64,000 bases of DNA from assembly GCA_035297365.1 (NCBI GenBank), contig DATGZA010000063.1, positions 1-64,000 of the forward strand, written 5' to 3'. The DNA is from Nitrososphaeraceae archaeon. GTDB lineage: Archaea > Thermoproteota > Nitrososphaeria > Nitrososphaerales > Nitrososphaeraceae. Below the pieces are notes generated by a model. That model had not been told where the DNA came from. It was given only the letters and a program-made list of their open reading frames with translations, and did no database searches. The first letter of the stretch is position 1. Each line of letters starts with the position of its first letter. Made by a program: the position numbers and the translations under genes. Positions 31,300 to 41,790 of this stretch are shown here, piece by piece.

Positions 31300-31665
31300 T
31301 TAGGGAAAGGGTACTGGAAGAATAAATGGTGCACTATTAGTACTAAGAGACGTTAATTCTTGAGATGGATCTTCAAAGATCATTTTATTATTATAGTCCA
31401 ACGATTCAATTGAGATGAATTGTTCTTTAAATGTTTCATGGGATTCGCCACTATTAGAAACGTATGAAGATGAACCACCTAATGCATTATTTATCATGAA
31501 TGTGAGATATGATTGGGTGTATTTCGATGGAAGATATTGTTCTTTAAAGGCGAAAATAACTGGAAAATCCTCAGCAAATACAAAATTTGTAAACGATGAT
31601 AGAAAAATGAATGTACAGACAAGCCCACTTATTAATAAAATCTGTAAATTCATTTTTGCTCGCAA
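31300..31665 (-). CDS. Secreted hypothetical protein
   Basis: Signal-peptide-like start ending in VFA; C-terminal APFILPVPFP. Confidence 0.65.
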   Translation of the reverse strand: MRAKMNLQILLISGLVCTFIFLSSFTNFVFAEDFPVIFAFKEQYLPSKYTQSYLTFMINNALGGSSSYVSNSGESHETFKEQFISIESLDYNNKMIFEDPSQELTSLSTNSAPFILPVPFP

Positions 31666-31895
31666 TATCTAGTTCTAAATAAATATATTTGATTTTGGAT
31701 AGTTCAATCCATAGTAATCTGTGATTATATTTGAATGGAAAATAATATGTAAAATAATATTAGAAGATTAATACAGATAAGAGTATAATTGAAATTTGAT
31801 ATATCTTGTTATTGAAAGATTTTTAAAGATAAAAATATAATATTATTTTTAAATCAACTTATAAAAAGGAAAACCTAAAAATTTCTTAAACATTA

Positions 31896-33782
31896 TTAAG
31901 TTTTATCATCTAGTGGAAGCTTGAAGAAAAAAGTAGCTCCTGTGCCGTTAGGATTGTTCTGAGCCCATATTTTACCGTGATGTGCATCAACTATATTTTT
32001 AGAAATATACAGACCCAATCCAGTACCTTTATCAGATTTTGTAGCAAATTTACAAAATAGACGAGGATAAATCTCAGCATCTATTCCACTGCCAGTATCT
32101 TCAACACTAATAAGTACATCCTGACCTTTCTTAGTAACACTGATTTTAATAAAACCTTTTTCTGTAAATTTCAATGAGTTACTCAATAAATTACTAATTA
32201 CTTGATTTATCCTCTCCTTATCTCCAAAAATCCTCACATTAATTGGTTGATAGATAGCTTTAATATTTTTGGCAATACCATCTCCGGAAGATATACGTTT
32301 CTGGATATCTTCGATGGAATCAGAAAGAATATCATTAAGATCAAAGTAATCTTTTTGAAGGACTAAAGAATTGCTTTCGATCCTAGTTACATCGAGGATG
32401 TCAGAAGCTAATCTATCTAACCGTTTTGCATTCCTAATGATTAATTTAATTTGTTCTTCTTGAACTGTTACAGTCTTGTCCTGGGGATCAAGGTCTTCTT
32501 CTATTAACTCAACCTCTCCTAGAATGGGCATTATAGGGGTTCGTAATTCATGAGCTGCAATGTTAATGAATTCTTTTTGCATTTTATCGTGTACCTTTAG
32601 CTGTTCATTTGCTTCTTCCAGCAGCCTATTTGACTCCACCAAAGACAGATTGATATTTTCTAATTGTGACGTTCTAGTACTAACTTCTCCCTCTAACCGT
32701 CTGTTCCAGGAAAGAATTAGATATATTATTCCAACGGTGACTGACCCAGTAATTACAACTATCAGAGTACTGAAATTATTTTGTTGAGCTATCAGAGAAC
32801 CTACGTTACTGGCAAGCTGATGTGGAAAACTAACATATAACGTCCACAGGTATTTATCACTAATTACTATTGGCTCGTATGATAAGGTTACTGTAGTTCC
32901 ATTATACACTAAATCTTCCGCAAGGGACTTTCCTTCAAGACCTTTCTTAAGAATACTATTATAATCTCCCCTGAGATTCTCTGGAATTAAAGATTGAAAT
33001 TCGGTGGAAAGATAATTGTTGCCTATCAGAGACTGATTTCTAGCATAGATTATCACACCATTTCTATCCATTAAACCAACATTACCGATAATAGAAGATA
33101 CCATTTCATTTTGTAAAAATATACCCAAGGATTTTACACTTATTGCAGCAACAATTACCCCATCAAATGTCTGCCTTATGCTATAGGTATCATTTTGATG
33201 TTTTATTATTTGTTGTTTTAATATAGGATATGAAATGTATAAAAAAGAGGAGGGGCTATCTTCTGACTTGATCGAAGTACTATAGTAAGGAGATAATGTC
33301 TTTTTTGGGTATAGAAAAAAAGGTTGATTTTGAAGGTTTAGATTTGTATTGAGGTTTTCTCCTTGATAGATTTTGCTAGAGCTAACTATTCTACCATTAA
33401 TATCCATCCAATAATATGCATCAGTTATTTTCAAGGTTGATAGCTGTGCAGTATAAAGAAGGTTTTGAATCTGGTCAAGATCGTTTTGCAAAATCATGGG
33501 AGAAGAAGTTAAGAGTTCTAGATTTGAAATAATAGAGTCTAAACTATGAACAAGAATCCTAGAAAGGTCATAAGTCTGTATTCTTGCATTAGAACGGATA
33601 TCTTCCTGAGCAATCTTTTTTATCTCATCTGCAGTAAATGAAGCCGACTGATAGGATATTATGGAAAGAAAACCAATACCGATTATTATAATTATCAAAA
33701 GAAAAGAAAAATTGTTTTTTATTATGGAGAAACCTACCAACTGCAGACAAATAAGAAGATTATATTCTAATAAATAAATCAA
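31896..33782 (-). CDS. Membrane sensor histidine kinase with an extracellular Cache-like domain
   Basis: Two TM segments; AAHELRTP, NLLSNSLKFT, DTGSGI and GTGLGL; true start may be ~20 codons downstream. Confidence 0.93.
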   Translation of the reverse strand: MIYLLEYNLLICLQLVGFSIIKNNFSFLLIIIIIGIGFLSIISYQSASFTADEIKKIAQEDIRSNARIQTYDLSRILVHSLDSIISNLELLTSSPMILQNDLDQIQNLLYTAQLSTLKITDAYYWMDINGRIVSSSKIYQGENLNTNLNLQNQPFFLYPKKTLSPYYSTSIKSEDSPSSFLYISYPILKQQIIKHQNDTYSIRQTFDGVIVAAISVKSLGIFLQNEMVSSIIGNVGLMDRNGVIIYARNQSLIGNNYLSTEFQSLIPENLRGDYNSILKKGLEGKSLAEDLVYNGTTVTLSYEPIVISDKYLWTLYVSFPHQLASNVGSLIAQQNNFSTLIVVITGSVTVGIIYLILSWNRRLEGEVSTRTSQLENINLSLVESNRLLEEANEQLKVHDKMQKEFINIAAHELRTPIMPILGEVELIEEDLDPQDKTVTVQEEQIKLIIRNAKRLDRLASDILDVTRIESNSLVLQKDYFDLNDILSDSIEDIQKRISSGDGIAKNIKAIYQPINVRIFGDKERINQVISNLLSNSLKFTEKGFIKISVTKKGQDVLISVEDTGSGIDAEIYPRLFCKFATKSDKGTGLGLYISKNIVDAHHGKIWAQNNPNGTGATFFFKLPLDDKT

Positions 33783-33920
33783 CTAGAAAAAATATTATAG
33801 AAAAATCGTATACTAATATTTTCTTCTTAATCTTATCCGTTCCCATGAAAGTTATAGCACTGCCTTAAAAACAAGAAACTGTAATTCAAGATGAAGTTCT
33901 AGAATATTTAAAATATCAAA

Positions 33921-34418
33921 TTACCTATTTTTATATCTTCTTCTAGTTTTGTTACCACAAATTGTGCATTCAGTTACCTTAGGTGAATAACCTTTACCAC
34001 AGGTTTTACAAAAATTGATCCATCTGCGGATTTTTGAAATTTCAGATATACCTAGAGAAATGATCTTAATACCCATGATCTTTGATACATTTTGAACACA
34101 ATAATCATCTGAAACTAATGGATATCCTAATTGATAAGATAGAGAAATAATTGAAATATCCGCATCAGAAAGTCTATCTATGTCTCCAGAACTAAATGCA
34201 GTAGTTCTGGTCATTGAAACGGATTCAAGATTTGGTTCCAGTTCGAATAATGACTCTGAAATAATTAACGCATCATAACTCGAAGTCAAATTCGTTAAAT
34301 GACGAACTTCATCAAGAATCAACGGAGTAGTGTAATATTTTTTACCATCTGAAAGATGAAATCCAGAATAAAAAGCACTAGAATCCAATACAAATGCTTC
34401 AGAATCCAAGTTTTTCAA
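33921..34418 (-). CDS. nob1: NOB1-family PIN endonuclease with zinc ribbon
   Basis: VLDSSAF, LSDADIS, SDDY, CKTC...CTICG. Confidence 0.9.
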   Translation of the reverse strand: MKNLDSEAFVLDSSAFYSGFHLSDGKKYYTTPLILDEVRHLTNLTSSYDALIISESLFELEPNLESVSMTRTTAFSSGDIDRLSDADISIISLSYQLGYPLVSDDYCVQNVSKIMGIKIISLGISEISKIRRWINFCKTCGKGYSPKVTECTICGNKTRRRYKNR

Positions 34419-35229
34419 GTTGCCTTAACCCTTTTTTTCTTAATCGAATAAATCTAGCATTAATTTCATATCTTTTTATGGTAATTGGTTCTTCTGCGTC
34501 TACTAAATATCTGTCTTGCCCATCCACTATCAAGTCTACATTGTTATTACAAATGATTTCTATATCATCTGGAGGGATTATGAATTGTGGTAACTTGTTG
34601 ATAGAAGCTATTGGATTGATAATTAAACAATATAGTTCCTCGTGCACTATTGGACCACCTAGAGATAGACAATGTCCTGTAGAGCCTGTCGGAGTAGATA
34701 TCAAAATTCCGTCCATACGTTGAACTATCTTGTCTCCCCGATATTTTATAGTAAATGTCGGTGTTCGTGTAAGATTTGACCTGAATAATAATACATCATT
34801 TAATGCAGGAGGGAATAATTGGTTTTCAGAAGAAACTTGAATTCTTAACCTTTCCTCATAGAAATAATCACCTTTTATAAGTGCGTCAATTGCACTACTA
34901 ATTAAATCAACTTTAATTTCTGATAAGATTCCTTTAGTACCGCCAACATTAATACTAAATACAGGAATATTGCTTGGATAAAATCTAAATGCACGTAAAG
35001 TAGTTCCATCGCCACCAAGACAAATAATAAGATCAACGTCTTCAACAGATTTAAAATTTAAAGGTATTGTAGGAGTACCAGATATTTCGAAAGGCGGAAA
35101 TGAATATACTTTGATATTTTTTTCCAACAAAACTTTTGTGATGCGTTTCTCGAATTCAGCTGCAAGATCATTTCGATTTTTTGTAATTATAGCAATGTTA
35201 CGGATCTTGTCTTTCATTAATAATATCAT
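34399..35229 (-). CDS. nadK: NAD(+) kinase
   Basis: GGDGT, ALND and DGILISTPTGSTGH. Confidence 0.95.
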   Translation of the reverse strand: MILLMKDKIRNIAIITKNRNDLAAEFEKRITKVLLEKNIKVYSFPPFEISGTPTIPLNFKSVEDVDLIICLGGDGTTLRAFRFYPSNIPVFSINVGGTKGILSEIKVDLISSAIDALIKGDYFYEERLRIQVSSENQLFPPALNDVLLFRSNLTRTPTFTIKYRGDKIVQRMDGILISTPTGSTGHCLSLGGPIVHEELYCLIINPIASINKLPQFIIPPDDIEIICNNNVDLIVDGQDRYLVDAEEPITIKRYEINARFIRLRKKGLRQLEKLGF

Positions 35230-35377
35230 ATTACAATTTTATAGTCTTAAATGCATTATTATTCATATAAATTTTAGTAGTTTTATCTGCAAGAGAGACT
35301 ATATTTTAGAAAATCACAAGATAAATATTTAAATTGTCTCGGAAATAAAGCACCAACAAAATAATAATCTGTATAGA

Positions 35378-35451
35378 GGGCCGATAGCTCAGCTTGGTGG
35401 AGCGTTCGACTGATAATCGAAAGGTCGAGGGTTCAACTCCCTTTCGGCCCA
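35378..35451 (+). tRNA. tRNA-Ile(GAT)
   Basis: GGGCCGA/TCGGCCC acceptor stem, TTCGA-CTGATAA-TCGAA anticodon arm, GGTTCAACTCC. Confidence 0.97.
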
Positions 35452-35549
35452 TCATCTTATCATATAATTATGAATCTAACAATCAATGGATAAGTCAACA
35501 GAACACTATTAAATGAATTGGTATGAAAGAGAAAAAATAATTAGAGTTA

Positions 35550-35670
35550 TGTTTGTGGTTACCTTTATTTGCTACATACAAGTTTCCAGTGCGAATCAAC
35601 AACAATTCCCCATGGCGTTTTAAATTGACTGTCTCTAGTACCTTCAGATCCCCACATTCCTTTAAAATGA
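35550..35670 (-). pseudogene. Single NHL beta-propeller repeat remnant
   Basis: WGSEGTRDSQFKTPWGIVVDS, then after a frameshift TGNLYVANKGNH. Confidence 0.65.
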
Positions 35671-35749
35671 TATTCCATGAATTAGAATCCCTCTATATCG
35701 AATTTCTCGACATAATGGTTGCTAAAAATTATATAATGATTTACTTTTT

Positions 35750-36376
35750 TTATTTGTAACTCTTACATAATCCTAATAACTTTGCGATTACTTCTGGATA
35801 ATCTTGTTCACCATCAAGATCATTTCTACCTATACTAAATCTATGGATGACAATATCATATAAATAATATAATGATGAAAATGATCCTATAAAAATCAGT
35901 TTAACAAATGGAGAAATAGGATCTATATCTATAATTAGAACATAAGCAAATACTAGTAATCCTATTAAACCTATGATCCATAACCGAGAACCGTCAGTCT
36001 TTAGTAATTCTACAGAAATTCCACTTTGTTCTTGCACCTCGTCTTGTTTGCTATTTAAAACTGAATCTACACATATGTGAATATCACGGTTTAACAACCC
36101 ATGCTCGATTCCTGTCCAAGCACATCCACGTAAGTTTTTTATTCCGATTAAAAGAAAAGAAAACCAAAGAAAAACAACATATGAAATACCCCCACCACTA
36201 AAAATTAGTAATGCGATGTCATAGATATTCATAAATTTAGTACTTAAATACTCCCACATATTATTCGCTGATGCGATACTTATTAAAAGTAAACTAAAAC
36301 CTGTTCCAAAAACCAATCCTCTTCGAAATGATTCTAGTTTATGTATATTTTTTGTATCTGTAATGGGAACTCCCAA
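35750..36376 (-). CDS. Membrane hypothetical protein
   Basis: 208-aa ORF with about four hydrophobic segments. Confidence 0.6.
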   Translation of the reverse strand: MGVPITDTKNIHKLESFRRGLVFGTGFSLLLISIASANNMWEYLSTKFMNIYDIALLIFSGGGISYVVFLWFSFLLIGIKNLRGCAWTGIEHGLLNRDIHICVDSVLNSKQDEVQEQSGISVELLKTDGSRLWIIGLIGLLVFAYVLIIDIDPISPFVKLIFIGSFSSLYYLYDIVIHRFSIGRNDLDGEQDYPEVIAKLLGLCKSYK

Positions 36377-37008
36377 TATGCCTTGAGTATATTTGCACTA
36401 CTATTAGAAGAGTTCGCTGAAGAATTGAAGATATTAAATAAAGAACTTCAGGATTAATCTCAGTTTCTAAATTTTTTAATCAATGTTATAACCCAAAATT
36501 GCTAATCCCTAATAATCGGTAACTTCTCACTTAAGTAAAGCTTTGGATGGTATTTACTATCACTTTGTAGTTGATATTAATGATACATAGTTATAGAATA
36601 AAACAATTCAATGATTTGATAAGCACAATAGGAATTCATTTTCTTAGAATTATCGATTTATTAAAAAGGTCAGAAACAAATTTTCAGGTAGATAGATATC
36701 CTTAGTCAATAGTTATAAAAATGTACTAAGGAATAAATTATATACTATTTTAATAGACAATTCATGTCTGGCAATTTTAAAAAAATTATCAATAATTACG
36801 AGATTCAAGATCATTAAATTCTTTCATAAAATCTATTCCTAAACGAGAGCAAGTCTTCCATTAATCAATAATACAAGCAAGAGGATTGTTTAATTAAAAA
36901 TCTATAACTATTTGACATCCATTTTTAGAAAGAACTAAAATATCAAAGATCTAAAATCAGTTCACATATTAAATTTAATAAAAAGACTTATCTGTATCAC
37001 AGCACCCT

Positions 37009-38379
37009 TCAAATCTCAATTAACTTTACGATATTTTTTTCTTTGTTTACCTCCAGTGCATACATTTTTGATAAAGGATGAAGTAAATTAACACAGAGTA
37101 CATCATTAATTAAGACAAGTTGAAAATGGAAATCAGGAAATATTACACCAGAATATTTATTTGAAACATCAAACGTCTTTAACATAAATATTATATTCAT
37201 ATGATTCTTTAGATTATCTAATGCTGCAAGGTCTATTTTTTGATCCGTGTCTATATCTATAATACTAAATATAGGAGATTGAGATTTAAATTTCTCTATC
37301 TCATCAATAAAATCATATGACTGCATATTTTCTGTAACATGCTGATCATTTTCAGAATTATTTCCAGATTTTTTAAAGAAATTAATATATCTGATCAATT
37401 CATCATCATGATTTTTAATTATCTGATTTAATAATAAACTATATGAATTTTTCAAACTATAGTCTAAAAATATGGAGTATAATTTTTCCATCGATTCACT
37501 AATAAATTGTGATAAAAAAATAATAGCGGCATTGATTCCAATTCTAGGATCATATTCAATCAGGACTACAGACTTATCTAAAAAACCACCATTAAAATCT
37601 CTGTCGATAACCTCATATCCAGAACTAAATTTCTTAGCAGTAGACAAATTTGAGGATTTATCTAAATCAGATTCAGAAATTTGGATCGACGGTGAAGAGG
37701 GATCTCTATAGGATTCAAATGTCTTAAAAATACCTTCATGTAGTGTGAATAAATAAGAATTTTTTATTACATTTACTCCTCTTAACTTATTTAAAGATAT
37801 TTCTCTGAGATCTCTTCCGTAATAATTTTTGTTCCTTAATATCACTACCCCATCAACTAAATAATCCAATGTGGATGTGGCTGTTCCTTCTCCGACTAAT
37901 ATTAGACGGCCGCCCGCTCTTTCTAACCAAGTCTGTAATACTCTTTCGTTGTTTAATCTGGATTCTCTATCCATAAAAGATGCCACACCATCCCAACTGT
38001 CGACAATAATTAAGGGAGCACGTACGTCCATAAGTTGATTTGTAATTCGTTCAAATAGGGACTCTGGTTCATCCAGTCGAGCATCTTCGAAAAATGGTCC
38101 AAACGTAGTTTCAGTTTTAGAAGATTTATTATGTAGATTGGAAGATTTGATTTTAAGGTATTTATTTACCCATTTAAAGTAATAAAATAATTTATTTGGA
38201 GAAACTCTAGTAGATATGTAAAAGAAATTATTTTTAATATTCAATTCCTTTAAAATAGCAAGACACAATGCTGTTTTACCGATACCAGGTTCACCTTTAA
38301 TTAATAACGAATAAGTTTCATTTTTAAGAAAAAGTAATAGTTCATCTGGTATTTTAAAAGCTTGATTATTTTTGCTCAA
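37009..38379 (-). CDS. KaiC/GvpD-like P-loop ATPase with a degenerate second domain
   Basis: GEPGIGKT, YISTRVS, IVDSWD, LDYLVDGVV and KLRG; second half begins FSSGYEVIDRDFNGG but lacks Walker A. Confidence 0.85.
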   Translation of the reverse strand: MSKNNQAFKIPDELLLFLKNETYSLLIKGEPGIGKTALCLAILKELNIKNNFFYISTRVSPNKLFYYFKWVNKYLKIKSSNLHNKSSKTETTFGPFFEDARLDEPESLFERITNQLMDVRAPLIIVDSWDGVASFMDRESRLNNERVLQTWLERAGGRLILVGEGTATSTLDYLVDGVVILRNKNYYGRDLREISLNKLRGVNVIKNSYLFTLHEGIFKTFESYRDPSSPSIQISESDLDKSSNLSTAKKFSSGYEVIDRDFNGGFLDKSVVLIEYDPRIGINAAIIFLSQFISESMEKLYSIFLDYSLKNSYSLLLNQIIKNHDDELIRYINFFKKSGNNSENDQHVTENMQSYDFIDEIEKFKSQSPIFSIIDIDTDQKIDLAALDNLKNHMNIIFMLKTFDVSNKYSGVIFPDFHFQLVLINDVLCVNLLHPLSKMYALEVNKEKNIVKLIEI

Positions 38380-38476
38380 TAATAATACTCACCCAGAGAA
38401 ATAAACATCTCCTATTATAATAATAGTTCTTATCATCAGAATATAAAAAAAATCTTTAAAAAAATGAGGTATAAAA

Positions 38477-39574
38477 TTAAGGTAACCATGGATTGATATT
38501 TTTCTGAAATCGTAATGAATCTATTAATCCTTCTGCATAACCAATGCTTAAGACGGCTAATTCATATTTATTTTGATTAAGAAATCTCTCTGAATCAAGC
38601 AAGTAATATTCAGCGTTTTCTAGTACATTGTACATGCCCTTATTATCAGGTTTATTGTTCTTAGTAGAGATACTATTTTCTTTATCTAGAAATGACTTCA
38701 TTTTTTTTAGCGCTTCTTTAGCTTTTGGGAGATATCTGTTAACCATTGATACGGCAAGGTGTTCGAATAGTTTTGTATTATCAGATGGATTGTCAAAATT
38801 TTGATAAAGTGATGTTATAGAATCAATTTCAGTAAAGTGAAGTTGTCCGGGAATGATTATAGAATGAGGTCCTTCACCAAAATCAATATTTTCAAAAGAA
38901 TGAATCTTTCCTGATTGAATTTTTTGAGAATCCGTTCCAATTCTTGATCCAACTATAATAAAAGTTTCCTCTGATATAATTCCATATTTTAGATCTTTTT
39001 CAACTTCCACTAACATTTCAAGAGCTAATTGAGGATTTAGAAAGAAAAAATCTTTATCATCCTTATTGTTATATTCTGTTAATATCAAGGTATGATTTCC
39101 TACTTTGAGATTTTCATAAATAATATTATAGACACTTATTGCAGATGGAGGATCTGACATTATTGTAGTGGTACGACCAAATTTATAGTTATGAAGGCCA
39201 CTTTCCCCCATGAAAGAAAAAAGTCCAGAAGAGCTGTGAACAATACGTGTTTCAATTAAATTTCTTTTAGCTCTGATCAGTAATTCATTCATTGTTGTTG
39301 CCATAAATGGGTCACCATAAGTTACTATTGCAACAATTGCATTTTTAGATTTGGAAAGTATCTCTTTTCCATCTTCAATAAACCAACGTTGCACTAAATT
39401 AATTTTTTTTTCCTTTTCGGGATCTATAAGTTGAGCTAGTTTTTCTATTTCTTTTTTACTTATGTAACTCGTAAATCTTTCAATATAAATTATCTGACAA
39501 CCTTTCATAATTTCTATAGCATTTAAACTTATACTGTTACAACCGTCTATTCCTATTCCAACAAAGTATAACAT
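38477..39574 (-). CDS. dph5: Diphthine synthase with C-terminal DUF357-like extension
   Basis: MLYFVGIG, GDPFMATT, GLHNYKFGRTTT, GPHSIIIPG.LHFTE; tail AEYYLLDSERFL...SIGYAEGLID. Confidence 0.93.
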   Translation of the reverse strand: MLYFVGIGIDGCNSISLNAIEIMKGCQIIYIERFTSYISKKEIEKLAQLIDPEKEKKINLVQRWFIEDGKEILSKSKNAIVAIVTYGDPFMATTMNELLIRAKRNLIETRIVHSSSGLFSFMGESGLHNYKFGRTTTIMSDPPSAISVYNIIYENLKVGNHTLILTEYNNKDDKDFFFLNPQLALEMLVEVEKDLKYGIISEETFIIVGSRIGTDSQKIQSGKIHSFENIDFGEGPHSIIIPGQLHFTEIDSITSLYQNFDNPSDNTKLFEHLAVSMVNRYLPKAKEALKKMKSFLDKENSISTKNNKPDNKGMYNVLENAEYYLLDSERFLNQNKYELAVLSIGYAEGLIDSLRFQKNINPWLP

Positions 39575-39629
39575 GTTATTAAAAATAGATAAGATCGTCT
39601 TATTATCTTTGGGATATAGTAGGTTTGGA

Positions 39630-40745
39630 TTATTTTCTTTGATAATTGTGTAACCTGGACATATGAAAAAGGGATCTTTTAAAGACCTCTATTCCGGTAA
39701 TATATTCCTGGATATCAACATGCTCGTCTATACTATGAGACGAATGAGGATCTCCCGGTCCATAAGTAACTACAGGTATTTTAAGCGCATTACCAATAAT
39801 ATTCATGTCACCAGTGCCCGTTTTTCGTAATAAATTCGGTCGTTTTTTACAGACATCCAGAATTGCAAGAACTAGAGACCTTACCAATGGAGATGAATGA
39901 TCTGCTTCAAATGGATCTGTAAAATCTTCGATTATATAATTGGATTTTATTCCTTTTTGACTAGATATATTAGAAATTACTTTATCAATCATGTCCAATA
40001 CTTGTTGACATGTATTTGTAGTAGGAATCCGTATGTCCATGGTAAGCTTACATTTTTGAGGAGTAACATTATGACTCGACCCTCCAGTTATTTCCGTCAG
40101 ACTGCAACTTATTGAACTAGTTTTTTTTTCACTATTGTTTGTTTTGTTAATTTCCTTTTTTATGGCCTGCCAAAACTCATAAGATTCTTCAATCGAATTT
40201 TTTGCTAGCCAAGGGGCACTTGCATGAGCACTTTGGAGGACGTCGCAAATTAGTTTAATTGCTAATCTACCTTTATACGATATCGTTATGTTCTCTATAC
40301 CGCTCGGCTCACCAAAAATGGCATAATCAACACCTATATTATTTTTAACAAGTTGTTTGCTACCAGTAGCGCTTCCTTCTTCATCTACTACACCTGCGAA
40401 AATAATAGTTCCGTTTTGTTTAGGAAATTCCGAAGCTGCTAAGAGCATGGCGATTAAAGGAGCTTTAGCATCTGAGGCACCACGACCATACAATAAACCA
40501 TCTTCTATTCTGATAGGCACTTTATTTGGAACTGTATCCATATGTCCGCAAAGAAGAATCCTAGGATATCCTGTTCCCTTTGTAGCTATAACATTTCCTA
40601 CACTATCTATCTGAGCTTGTTCAAATCCCAGATCATCAATACATTTTTCCTTAAGCATATTAGCTAATTGAGATTCAGATCTTGAGGGTGTATAGAACTC
40701 TATTGCTCTTTTTAAGAGCTCCACAGCATAATTAGGTGAGACCAA
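39630..40745 (-). CDS. lysK: [LysW]-lysine/[LysW]-ornithine hydrolase (M20 family)
   Basis: GHMDTV, GRGASDAK, DEE, KTGTGDMN and YGPGD; operon context. Confidence 0.92.
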   Translation of the reverse strand: MVSPNYAVELLKRAIEFYTPSRSESQLANMLKEKCIDDLGFEQAQIDSVGNVIATKGTGYPRILLCGHMDTVPNKVPIRIEDGLLYGRGASDAKAPLIAMLLAASEFPKQNGTIIFAGVVDEEGSATGSKQLVKNNIGVDYAIFGEPSGIENITISYKGRLAIKLICDVLQSAHASAPWLAKNSIEESYEFWQAIKKEINKTNNSEKKTSSISCSLTEITGGSSHNVTPQKCKLTMDIRIPTTNTCQQVLDMIDKVISNISSQKGIKSNYIIEDFTDPFEADHSSPLVRSLVLAILDVCKKRPNLLRKTGTGDMNIIGNALKIPVVTYGPGDPHSSHSIDEHVDIQEYITGIEVFKRSLFHMSRLHNYQRK

Positions 40746-40759
40746 TTTTAATAATAATA

Positions 40760-41620
40760 TTAGTTGTATTGCAAAGAGTAATCAACTATCATATCTTGAA
40801 TTGGTACTCCTGTTACTCTGACAGTATTTTTAAACTCTGTTGTATTATTAACTTCGTGAACCAATAAACCATCTCGTGAACTTTCCATAAGATCTACTCC
40901 AACTATTTTTCCATCTACTGCTTGTGTAGATTTTATACATATATCTTCGAGCTCTTTTGTAATTGGACATGATTCTGCTCTGCCTCCTAAAGCCATATTG
41001 GTTTTCCATTCGCTATTTTCCGAATAACGATATATAGCAGCTACTACTGTATCGCCTATTACTATTGCTCTTATATCTCTAGGCGGTCTATCAACAAATT
41101 CCTCAAAATAATATATTTGATAAAGTGGAAACATATGTTGTCTATCTTCAATTACGGCCTTCGCTGCATCTTTGTCTTTTAGTAACGCAATTAATCTTCC
41201 CCAACTTCCAATTGTAGGTTTAATTATGGTCGGATATCCAAAAACATCAAGAGCAGAAAGTGCGGCTTCATATGAAAAAGTTGTTATGACTTTGGGAGTT
41301 TTTATTCCAGCGTTTTTCAATTTCATATGTGTAAATAATTTATTACCACAAACAATAGAAGTATTAAGTGGGTTAATAACACTAGCTCCCAAACCTTCCA
41401 GTGCAGCAGTAGAATGAAGACTTTTGAAATAACTAACACATCTTTGTATAATTATTTTATTAGAATAGCTAGGACCGTCTAGTTCCAAAATTAGATCTTT
41501 ACAATCCACATTCGTTATGTCAATTCCTCTTTTTCTAGCAGACTCGTAGATAGCTTTTTCTTCCCAGCGTATATTATCATAAAGAAGAGTGAGGGAGGTT
41601 GTGTTCTTTCTCTCAGTCAC
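40760..41620 (-). CDS. lysX: Alpha-aminoadipate--LysW ligase (ATP-grasp)
   Basis: GSWGRL, WKTNMALGG and EVNNTTEFKNT; likely GTG start at 41620 overlapping the lysW stop (GTGA). Confidence 0.92.
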   Translation of the reverse strand: MTERKNTTSLTLLYDNIRWEEKAIYESARKRGIDITNVDCKDLILELDGPSYSNKIIIQRCVSYFKSLHSTAALEGLGASVINPLNTSIVCGNKLFTHMKLKNAGIKTPKVITTFSYEAALSALDVFGYPTIIKPTIGSWGRLIALLKDKDAAKAVIEDRQHMFPLYQIYYFEEFVDRPPRDIRAIVIGDTVVAAIYRYSENSEWKTNMALGGRAESCPITKELEDICIKSTQAVDGKIVGVDLMESSRDGLLVHEVNNTTEFKNTVRVTGVPIQDMIVDYSLQYN

Positions 41621-41784
41621 TGTCCCCAATCCTCGCCAACTACTTGAGATGGCTTAATACTGAATCCATCTGCTCCCTTGACTAGTTCATAGCTTGAACC
41701 ACAATCTGGACAGGCAACTATTTCGCCTTCAATTGAATCATCGGGGATTCTTATTTCTGCGTCACATTCTTTACATTTGACCAT
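41617..41784 (-). CDS. lysW: Amino-group carrier protein LysW (55 aa, ends EDWGQ); not in the ORF track
   Basis: MVKCKECDAEIRIPDDSIEGEIVACPDCGSSYELVKGADGFSIKPSQVVGEDWGQ*. Confidence 0.95.
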   Translation of the reverse strand: MVKCKECDAEIRIPDDSIEGEIVACPDCGSSYELVKGADGFSIKPSQVVGEDWGQ

Positions 41785-41790
41785 ATTCTT

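Noticed and set aside
35553-35759. 68-aa plus-strand ORF
   Set aside because: Antisense shadow of the NHL-repeat remnant
37009-38379. Gas vesicle system suggested by the GvpD-like ATPase
   Set aside because: No gvpA or other gvp genes nearby; the domain is a general KaiC-family ATPase
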